A stretch of 64,000 nucleotides of DNA from NCBI GenBank assembly GCA_002104905.1, contig MCFE01000029.1:124001-188000 (forward strand), read 5' to 3'. Shown here one piece after another: positions 37,280 to 46,939 of this stretch. The DNA is from Basidiobolus meristosporus CBS 931.73. Taxonomy: Eukaryota; Fungi; Basidiobolomycota. A model generated the notes under the pieces. The model saw only the letters and a program-made list of their open reading frames with translations, ran no database searches and was not told where the DNA came from. Made by a program: the position numbers and the translations under genes. Every line of letters starts with the position of its first letter. Within the stretch, counting starts at the first letter, position 1.

Positions 37280-37850
37280 GGATTGGATGGGAATTAGCTG
37301 GCCTCAGCACAGATTCGAGCGAACAAAAGGGGTTTCTATCAATAAAGTAGGGAAGGGAGAAACTCTATGTCTAGTGAAATGTGAACATTGGCCAGCCAGA
37401 GCGGCGCTATATTTATGAGCCACCTCAAACCTCATTTATGCACTGGCTTATCTTCCTTGAAAATCGCCATTGTTACGCTCTTTTTGTTTGAGGTGTGGAG
37501 GCCTCCGTATCTTTTGGAAACCCGTGAAACTGAATGTTGGTCACAATGTGCATTATATGGAGATCGCCATTGTCCATCATTGTAAATCTCGTGTGGAGAG
37601 ATCACATAACTTCAGAAAATTTCTTACTGGTAGGGTCTGATTACATGCAAGGCCTAGGTTGAAGTTATAAATAGACGACTGTAGCCTACACCGATGTCGT
37701 GTTAGCCTTGATCAAAGACCCTGTTCGAATATTCTTCAAGATATATAAGGCCAGCTATGATGTCACGCAACAGCCATCAGTGTGAATATATAAGTGCATC
37801 TGAAGAGTAAGCTTAACGGTCATATCCCCTTAGTTTAATAATACCGATCG

Positions 37851-38636
37851 ATGCGAAGCAAACTAACCCTAGCATACATTGTACTGAGCGTATCTACAGC
37901 GCTTGCCTATCTTGTCGGGGACTCCTGCAACCCAGGAAACCTGTTGAAAAATGATGGGCCCTGCAAGAACATCACACTGACCTGTGATGACTCCGCGAAC
38001 AGATGTGCTCTCCGGGGGTGCCGCATTGACGAAGAGATCTACGACTGGCCAAGCGAGATCCAACTCCCACCGATGTGTAACTCCACCGAATATTGCCCAG
38101 ACAACCAACTTGGTTGCCTACCCAAAGTCAAATCAAACGAGATTTGCAGTGTTTCTCGAGATGATTCCTGCGAGGGAGAGAATAGCATATGTCTTAACCA
38201 ACGGTGTCTCTCGAAAAACATCCAGCTTGGACAAACATGTATCATTGATAACACCAGCGCTTACCTAGTTAATCGGGACAACTGCTTGAAGGGATATTTC
38301 TGCTCAACGAACAGTAATCTATGCGTGATTGCGCTGGAAAACAAGGAGCCCTGCTTTGAGGATCGACAATGCCGTTCTGGTACCTGTAAAAGCAACATTT
38401 GCCAAGACGAGGTGGAGTACAACCACTTCCCAGTATGGGGATATGTGGTGATTGTTGTTGGTTGTGTACTGGTGATAGGCCTCTGTATCTTGTTTGTCTA
38501 CATTCGCCGGCGCCGTCGCGTGAATGCTTACAAACAATCAATGGCTGAGCTTGAATCGTACCGCCAGTCGATAATCACCAACATGTCCCCTACCCCTTCA
38601 CATGAATCTACCGAACAATTCAAGAATTCCCATTAA
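37851..38636 (+). CDS. Cys-rich type I membrane protein (signal peptide, many Cys, TM, basic stop-transfer)
   Basis: Signal MRSKLTLAYIVLSVSTALA, a Cys-rich ectodomain (GCRIDE..LPPMC..YCPDNQLGC), TM WGYVVIVVGCVLVIGLCILFVYI, then RRRRR. Confidence 0.85.
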   Translation: MRSKLTLAYIVLSVSTALAYLVGDSCNPGNLLKNDGPCKNITLTCDDSANRCALRGCRIDEEIYDWPSEIQLPPMCNSTEYCPDNQLGCLPKVKSNEICSVSRDDSCEGENSICLNQRCLSKNIQLGQTCIIDNTSAYLVNRDNCLKGYFCSTNSNLCVIALENKEPCFEDRQCRSGTCKSNICQDEVEYNHFPVWGYVVIVVGCVLVIGLCILFVYIRRRRRVNAYKQSMAELESYRQSIITNMSPTPSHESTEQFKNSH

Positions 38637-39072
38637 CCCTATCCATTAACTGTATACATAGTTCGTACTTCCTACATAGACTGATTCCATTGGTAAACCA
38701 CGCATTCATTGAATCTTGCGCCCAGATCTTAATAAAACATATATCTATCATAATTTAAAAAACTGTGTTTACCTAATGCCAATTGGATCAAAGGTATCTA
38801 TATATATATATAAGGGTGGTATTTATGTATATACTTGAAATGTGATCTAAATTAGCTTGACCACTTCCGGAATTGGACCAGGCCATATTATAGATTTGGT
38901 TAAAATTAATTCATGTACAGTTGGTGCAAATCAAATGCCCGGATTATGTTACATTGATCGCATCTAAAGGTATGTCCAGAAGAATCCCGCTTCTACATAA
39001 TGACGTTGAGATTCCTCTAGGGAACAAATAGAGGGATAATGAGTCAATGGTTGACGCGGATTTGGATTCATC

Positions 39073-40500
39073 TTATGACGCGCCATTCATGATGGCGCGA
39101 ACGTCCTCATCACTCTCCACTGCGATGAAATGGGAATCTGCGGTTCGATGAATTAGCTGGAGTGAGTAAACTCTATCCTTCGTGTACCCGGCCTGTACAA
39201 ACGCCTTGGTAATCACTTCTTGCAGTGCGGAAGCGGAGATATTACTTGGGATCGGGATGACCACGCAGCATTCGGAATTCAAAACCACCTTCAACATAAT
39301 GATTCTGCGTGCGATCAAAGCTGAGTCTCCGGTGGAGTTTTGGGCAAGGTTGACCGGTCTCTCTGAGCCTCTCGATTTGGCCTTATTATCAAAGATATCT
39401 CTCGGTTTGGATCTGATCATAGACTCAGAATTCTGTCTTCTCAGGGAGGCAAGCATGGTTTTCTGATGCAGTGAGGCCATGGTATTTTGTCGACGTAAGC
39501 CCGAATTTTGCATCGGTATAGAATGTAAACTAGAGAGAGAGTTATGCCTCTTCAATGATCCAGAGGAGTCCTGGTGCCGAAGAGCAGAGGGGGAGCTCTG
39601 TTTCCGATGACCCTGGTGGGAGCCCTCCTGAAAGTAGCGTTCACGTAGACTCCCATTACTCAAAGATCGATACGAGATGTATCCCGAGTCCCTATTTCGA
39701 CCGGATATTTCTTCACTACCAGTAGGTGTATTCAGATCAGCCACCTCGCGCATCCAAAGGAACTCATCTAATAACTTGGAGGAAGGCAGATAAATAACAC
39801 ATTTGTCGATCTGGTCGATGATGACCCCACGTAGATCATCGTTGGTGGCGATGACCACGATACTGTTATCCAGCTTGTAGGCTAAAACCACCGATTCAAA
39901 GTCCTCCAGTTTGAGTGCCTGGTTCTCGCAAAATTTCTCGAAAATTTGTTTCCGGAGGTCGTCATAGGAGATGCTACGGGCCACTAGGATGTTGACGATA
40001 TTCTCGGCGATCAGTATCACTTAAATTCGCACGAATGGTGTGATGACCGTCACGTTGTCGCTACGAGCAGGGCGACAACTGTACGATCGAATGAGTGTAC
40101 TCTCCTTGCTTTGCCATGCCGCTTTCTCTTTAGTCGTCATGTGCCGCACATTCCAGTCACTAGGGAGGCTCGCTAGCTTCAATGAATCAATTGCCTCTAT
40201 AACCGAGCTGACAATGGGAATGGTTGCACCACCAAGATCGATGGAGGTTGGAACAGAGCTCGAAAGATCTCTCATATCGGATTCCCATAGGCCAAAAAAC
40301 TCGGCGAAACACGTGGAATTGCGAATGTTGAGAGGGAGCTGGAATACCCAAGATAGAAACTCAATCCAATTTACCATTTTCGACGCCAAAACAATCGAAC
40401 ACAGCATTTCCAGCAACCTCATTGGCCCACTGGATTACACGAGTTTGGTTGCTCACAAGTTTAACATGTAAAGAGAAATTGGATAGGGCGCTCTTTGACT
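39073..40500 (-). pseudogene. PX-PB1-PB1 paralog interrupted by in-frame TAA at 40021-40023 and a damaged 5' PX half
   Basis: ORFs 40021..40422 and 39073..40020 share a frame: FVRI*VILIAENIVNILVARSISYDDL aligns to FIKVKAILNDDTIVILRVHRSISYDDL of 36041..37279. There is a second PB1 at the end (IMLKVVL..VESDEDVRAIM). The upstream PX region has stops. Confidence 0.7.
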
Positions 40501-40950
40501 TGCAAGATTAAACGGGTTACTTTCCTAGCCCTAACCCTAATTATCTTCCACCGATATGATCAAAAGTCCACATTTGGGATTCAACCACCATGCCAACCCT
40601 AACCCCACTATCGAGGCATTACATATGGTCCATGATGGAGTGAAATATTGGATGCGCATGTTCAGCGACTAACTGACCGAAAAAATCCCTCGTGAAACGC
40701 TGCCAATATGATCGGAAAAGCAGTTCCAGTAAAGAGGGCATCCTGGATTGAGGAGAAACAAGCCCGTCATCTGATCGAAAATAGGTTGAGGGAGCGAGGT
40801 GAATCATCCAGAGATTCACAGTTCATCTCAATCATTGTTGTCATGCAACTTGACATCTGACTGTCCTGTCATTCGCTTTTGCTACCAGACAGGTGTGTAT
40901 ATAAGAGTGAAGTGCGTTCGACGATACTTATCATACTGTTGCAAGTCATA

Positions 40951-41470
40951 ATGTCTTCCACTAGCAACTCTGGCCCTCATTCCCAGCCCCTCAACATACC
41001 AGGCCGCCGGCGTGCTCTTTCCGTCGGAACTTCCCTTGGCAGACAGTCTTTCAACCACATCACATGCACCTCTCCAACTAGCCCTAAATTCATGAGTAGT
41101 TTCACCGAGAAGTCAAGGAGCTTCAATGGCTCTGGCTCTCCTCCAAACTCCCCACCCAACGCTAACTTCACCAGCTACTTCCAGATCCTAAACAGCGTAA
41201 GTGTAAAATGCCCCACTAACCATCACCAACGTACGAGTGAACTAATTGGCTCTATAGAAATCAAACCAGTTTCCTGAAACTTCTCCTCAAGGTGAGTTAG
41301 AATGAATTGCCATTGGATGACCAGAACCAATTCTAATCCGTTTCTTGGCAGGAAATAAGCTTCTACCCCCTCATGCAAGAGTACAAGCCTTGAAAACCCC
41401 GAAAAATATTCCAGATCGCCCTGCATCACCTATGCGTAGCATGATCTTAAATGGCCAGTTTTTGGACTGA
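40951..41470 (+). CDS. Small disordered conserved fungal protein, 3 exons
   Basis: MSSTSNSGPHSQPLNIPGRRRALSVG; introns at ~41198-41258 and ~41293-41350. It ends DRPASPMRSMILNGQFLD*, resembling the fungal C-terminal motif PSPMGERILKGHFD. Confidence 0.7.
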
Positions 41471-41906
41471 GCAATGCACTCTATTGACCCTTGAAGGGTA
41501 CCTCATGTATTATATATGGTATCATTATCAATATAAATAGTGAATAAATAAGTATCCCAAAGAAACCGGTATTCAGAGTAGAAAACCAATCCAAGCATGC
41601 AGCGGATGACTGTTTTTTAGTGTCTCCACCATGCCCACGGAGGATTTCTGGCCTTCCGTATCGAAAATGCTTGCACATATTGGAGGTAGGGGGAATGAAG
41701 AAAGATTGGGAAGCCGTCGGCTGGGGTGAACCTACCCCACGCCATAGGTTATATGGAGAATATTGAGATTTGCCCACATGGCATCGCATATGTGCCTCTA
41801 GCCTCAACCTCTCCTATTACGACGACACTAAAAAGCCTGGAAGGACAGACTTCGACAGAGTTACTTGCTTCTGGTCCAGTCTGTTAAAAATCGCTCCCTC
41901 CATCCC

Positions 41907-42896
41907 ATGAGGTTGTTACTCGCTTCTTTAGGTCACACACTACTGGCGACTATTGCTGTGTTGGGTGCATCCTTTCCCTACTGTCAAGACCAATTCTCCA
42001 ACTCCCCACAAAACTGCGCATTCTTCACATACCGCAAACCTATCGCAGAATGTATATTATCTTCACCACTGCCATTCAATGGCTCTTTCTCCCCTGTACC
42101 ACCAGACATTCGTCGTAGCATCCTCACCATCACAAACGTGTTCGAAACGCAAGACACCAAGCTCGACTATTCTTTTTGCAAGAACTTGAAGGATGGTAAA
42201 GGGTTCACCTGCGGGTTCGCAGGATTTTCCACAGCCACTGGGGCCGCATTGTCCGTAATCACTGACTACCGAAAGGACCATCTACGGAATCCGTTCGGGA
42301 AGTATTTTATCTCTCTCCTTCGATTCAGTAACCAGACCGATTGCAATCTGGTGAAGGGGGATCCGAGTAATTTCGATGGGTTCGGGGAGACCTGGCGGAG
42401 AGCCTCCTGCCAAGCGAGCTTCCGAAAATCCCAACACCGCGCAGTGGACATCCACTTCTTTGAGCCGGCAGTCAAACTGGCCAACGAGGTGGGTGTTCAA
42501 AGCTACCTCGGGAAGGCAATCTTCTACGACACAGCCTTCCAGCACGGCTACCAGACCGACGATGGATTCAGTCTCCGAAGTATTATTCGGCTGGCTGGGC
42601 CAATGATCGGCTCTGAGGTGGATTACTTAGATCGATTCCTTCGAATCCGCCGACGAATCCTCTGCTGCTACCCGGATCTCGTGACTCCCCTACTGGCTGA
42701 TCGGGTTGAGGATTTCCAGCGGCTTTTGAAGGCGGGAAACACCCGGTTGAGCCCGCCAATCCAATTGGAAACCCATCAAGTGACCATCACTGGCCAGGAA
42801 CCGGAAGATCCGGTATGCTCCTCAACATCCATCAACTATCCAAGCTTACGTTGGCTTATGGGTGGGTGGCTCTACTGGATTTCCAGAAACCCATAA
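41907..42896 (+). CDS. Secreted GH46 chitosanase, possibly GPI-anchored
   Basis: Signal peptide, then TNVFET (catalytic Glu), KDGKGFTCGFAGFSTATG (catalytic Asp/Thr), AIFYDTAFQHG and SEVDYLDRFLRIRR. Ser-rich/hydrophobic C-terminus. Intronless. Confidence 0.88.
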   Translation: MRLLLASLGHTLLATIAVLGASFPYCQDQFSNSPQNCAFFTYRKPIAECILSSPLPFNGSFSPVPPDIRRSILTITNVFETQDTKLDYSFCKNLKDGKGFTCGFAGFSTATGAALSVITDYRKDHLRNPFGKYFISLLRFSNQTDCNLVKGDPSNFDGFGETWRRASCQASFRKSQHRAVDIHFFEPAVKLANEVGVQSYLGKAIFYDTAFQHGYQTDDGFSLRSIIRLAGPMIGSEVDYLDRFLRIRRRILCCYPDLVTPLLADRVEDFQRLLKAGNTRLSPPIQLETHQVTITGQEPEDPVCSSTSINYPSLRWLMGGWLYWISRNP

Positions 42897-43369
42897 GAAA
42901 CTCCCACTGAAGTCCGACATTCACCCAGGTGGACACTCCAGTGTCCTAGATGTCTGTAGGAGTGGGGAAGGATCAAGCCCAATATTCATCCAGTTATCAA
43001 GCTGCCAGTTAGGATATCCGGGTGATAGTACCCTGCTGATGACAGTACAAATGCTTCTTTTCATCCACACCACAAGACAGTGTACATCCATAGGGGCCGA
43101 AGGGATCATAGTTGACAATTCATGGCTCTCCCACGAGAATGCTTCCAATAAATCGTGTGTTTGTTAATTTGGCTGGTATGTATTCAATGAATGAACGAGA
43201 AGGGGCTTGGTCTGTGCTTCCCTTCTCTGGCTAGTTTTGAATGCCTGTGAAATGGTGCATCCATCTGATCATGCTTGCTCTGCCCCCTAAGGAACATCCA
43301 TTGCCTTCAGAAGCTGATTGCTAGGAGTTGGTCTGGCTCTGGCTTTGAGGTGGGCTTTGAGACACCTTG

Positions 43370-43560
43370 TCGCATACGCGCTTGAAACCGCGGGTAAAAC
43401 AGTTGATTTGGGATGCGATTGGACATAGATTGCATCGATGGTTTCCAAGCAACCGGCACGATTAGCGTTTAATTTGTTTCAGCAGGTACATTACAGTGGG
43501 CCAAATGACTACCAAGGTGCTGAATAGGATGTCTGGACATTGGAAAGCACTTCTGGATGC
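43370..43560 (+). pseudogene. Possible relic of a CAMK/AMPK-like Ser/Thr kinase
   Basis: One frame reads KTVDLG (43405)...VHYSGP..YQGAE*DVWTL (43528), with DFG-to-DVW spacing of 41 codons. TTGAAACCG (LKP) lies just upstream. Stops are present. Confidence 0.35.
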
Positions 43561-44181
43561 TTTTAAGTATGAGATGACCATTCAGAGAAGAAGACCACTT
43601 TCGAATGAAGTGCTTCTTCATCTCACCTCGTATTGCGATCCTTCAGGTAAAATTGGTGTATCTTCGCTTTTGAAATACCAAGGTGCTTCGGTTTTGCGGA
43701 TGTTTTATAACATGGAGCGCTATGGCATCAGCGAGGTCTGATTTTGGTAGCATCACATGCTAAACGAGCCACCTCCTAGTCTTAGTCAACCTATTTTGAG
43801 ATAGGTGTAGAGCATTGGAGGACCATTCGCTTCCTGCAATGCTATTTACCCAAGCTGGGGATGTACAATCAGCCATCGAGATCTGATGATGGAATGAGCT
43901 CATAAAGATTTAGGTTGACGGTGCACGTACACTATTCAGCATTCTTAACTTTGCAGGACATTTCTTGGCGTCATGCAAACGGTAGATGCGGCGATATCAA
44001 TATGCATAGTGTTAACAACTTGTTATTTGTGATGGCCACCCAATGGATTCTAGCGTAGCTAACTCTCACCAGAACACTCAATTGCCTGTCCAGTCCAATG
44101 TTCTACTTTCAGTTTCCCTGCGAGGATCCTGGAAATACCTTACAAAGCTACTCAAATAATAGCAATTTGTTATGAGCATAC

Positions 44182-44512
44182 TGTTGTAAGAGTCTTGGAG
44201 ATGTTGAAAGTGATTGGGAGAACAAGTAGATTATGTGGTTTTCACTTAATGATTTATTGAATGTAAAAGTAGCATTATACTTTTACATGGTCTTGGCATA
44301 ACAAACACGTAGAATATGTTTAGGAAGGTCCCAAGAACATGTTTGCAAAGTTTGGGGCTGATTGGACAACTTATCTAATTTTCATGTTCTGGGTAAATAT
44401 TCTAAGTAAGTCCCGACAAGGAATCTGGTCAGTATTCTCTAAGATTTGTAGGTAATGATCTAAGTGACCAAGTTGGGTGAATATTTAGGTGGAATTCCGA
44501 ATTTTTACAACA
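44182..44512 (-). mobile_element. Complete solo LTR (331 bp) with 5-bp TSD CATAC
   Basis: Begins TGTTGTAAGAG and ends TTTTTACAACA. CATAC flanks both sides (44177-81 and 44513-17). Highly similar to the copies at ~14070 and ~15500. Confidence 0.88.
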
Positions 44513-44819
44513 CATACTGGTTCCACCATATGCTATGTTCTGGACTTCTATGTGGCAAGTTCTTTAGTCTCCTAAGTATCACGCCAGTTTCTCTTATAGA
44601 AATTGGGGAACACCACAAGAAAAGACAAATCAAAGCTTAGGCCTTCGTGCGTCTACATCCATCATAAGATCAGAATTGGCAGCTACATTGCTTCTCATAT
44701 ATAGTATTTCAAGATACTGAATATGAGCATGTTTTAGTCGGTAAGATATTGACAATCTCTATAGAATTGTGGAAATACAGATAATACTAGAATTCCCAAA
44801 CCTGTCCGGATTTTTGTGA

Positions 44820-45545
44820 GGATTTCAGAGATGGTTGAAGTGATTGGGAGAGCAAGTGGATTTTTTGGTTACCACTTAATGGCACATTGAGTGTCAGATC
44901 TGCTGTAGAAGCTTTGGAGACACTAAATATGACTGGGAGAACAAGTAGATTGTGTGGCTTTCATTTGATGATATGTTGAATGTAAAAGTGATATTTGTAC
45001 TTTTACATGGTCTTGGCAAAATAAACATGTAAAATATACTCAGGAAGTTCCCAGGAACATGTATGCAAAGCTTGAGACCTTTGGACAGCTTTGAGATTTT
45101 ATGTGTCCTTAGTATCTGATATTTTGGTAAAATACTCTGAGTTCCAACAAGGAATTTGGGAAAGATATTCTGAGATTCTGAAACCATGATGTGAGTGCTG
45201 TAAGAGTTTTGGAGATATTGGAAGTGGTTGAGAGAATAAGTAGTTTAGGTGGCTTTCACTTGATGATTTATCTTGACAAAAAAACATGTACAATATGTTG
45301 AGGAAGATCCCCAGCACATGTGAGCAAAGTTTGGGGCTGTTTGGATAACTTTGAGATTCTTCATGTCCTGAGTACCTGATGTTTTGGTGAAATACTCTAA
45401 GAGAATTCTGGCCAAATTTCTAGTCGGGATTTACTAAGATTTGTAGACTATGATCTAAGCGACTGAGATAAGAGAATATTTAGGTGTAATCACAAAATTT
45501 ACAACAGTAAGTGACGGTGTCAATGCAATATACAGAACTTGCAAC
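44820..45545 (-). mobile_element. Nested solo LTRs: 45196-45506 inserted in an older copy starting at 44901
   Basis: 45196 TGCTGTAAG...TTTACAACA 45506 is flanked by GTGAG/GTAAG (4/5 TSD). The interrupted older copy appears to resume after it and ends TTGCAACA at ~45545. Another fragment lies at ~44820-44880. Confidence 0.7.
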
Positions 45546-46939
45546 ATAATCGGTTTGTTCCCACCGCCACTTCCAGTATCTCACAATCTTGATGTTGAAT
45601 TGAAATACTCATCAACATTTACTATATTGGCCCCTACACACATTTTTCACATTTGGAATTGCTAATGACTTTATTGAGTCGGATACAGTATTGCTACTTT
45701 TAGAGCAGCCTTTTAACACTAATTGTTAGAATGCCTCAAGAAATGTTCCAGAAAGTGGTGCACAAAGCCAGGTCTCTTTGGGACAAGTCTGAGAATTTCG
45801 ATCATTTTTGGCCCCCCCCTAATCCCAAGAATTCTCCAAGAATAAATCCAAATTTGGATTTCATATGGTATTCTACTGGTATTTTTTGGTAGAAATCTCA
45901 AGTGTAAAGGTGGTATTTATACGTTTACAAATACTGTCAAAAGATTCAAGTAAAATTTGAAATTTATATTAGAAATCTAGGGACTATAACCAGCACAGTA
46001 TAATAATGCAAACCATCGAATTGCTATATGAAGAGAACACTAATTCATTAATAAAGCAACCCATCGACCCATTTCAAACACAACTTTACAAGGTCTTCAC
46101 TGACTAATGGAATATGTTGGGCCGGAAGCACTGAATTGCTAGGGAGCGTTCAGGATGTTGGGCAATTCTATCATAGTGCGAATTACTACATTTATTCGAG
46201 CTTAATTCAACCAAACCAAATGCGAAATCAGAATCCATGAATCATTAGGAACTAAACCAATTATTCGCAAAAGGCCCAGAACCCATGGTTTAAACAATTA
46301 GTGGCTGGTGTGGTAAGATGCAACAACTAACACCAATTTTCATTACAAGGGGAATCTTGCAGACATGCCTTGCATCTGTGATGATGGTGAAGGGGAATTC
46401 GAAGCAACGTCACAAATAGCAATCATTTCGCACATACCACTCCACAGATATATATTGAAATATGGACAAAACGCAATCAAAAATTTTCAATGAGGTGCGA
46501 CGGTTATCAGTAGCACATGTACAAAATAAGGAGTCTTAGGCATCTGTTATCATGCCAATCAAAGCGAACCAAATCACTTCGGGTGTTGCGGATTGCCTGC
46601 TAAAGTTCGGTTTGGTATTATAGGGATAATATAGAGATCAACCCACGATTGGCTAAGCTAAAATAGCTTATGGGCATACCCGACTTGTTGACCCCTTCAG
46701 GCCCCGCACAATCTGAGCATTAATACTGGTCCACCGTCAACCAAGGGATTCTTGCTTCTCTGTCTAAAGCCGGACAATTCGAACGTATCTACTCTATCCA
46801 TTAACAGGTTCCCTTGTATCTGTATCTGTATAGTACCACTTTAATTCTTACGCTTCCCTAATCTGAGGTTGGCTCATGCAATAGTCTATCCTGTCCATTG
46901 CTATTTCGCTAAACTGTTTTTCGTATCTCTGTAGACCAA

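Noticed and set aside
40525-40610. CCCTAACCCTAA telomere-like hexamers
   Set aside because: Only about two units at each of two spots; compatible with chance.
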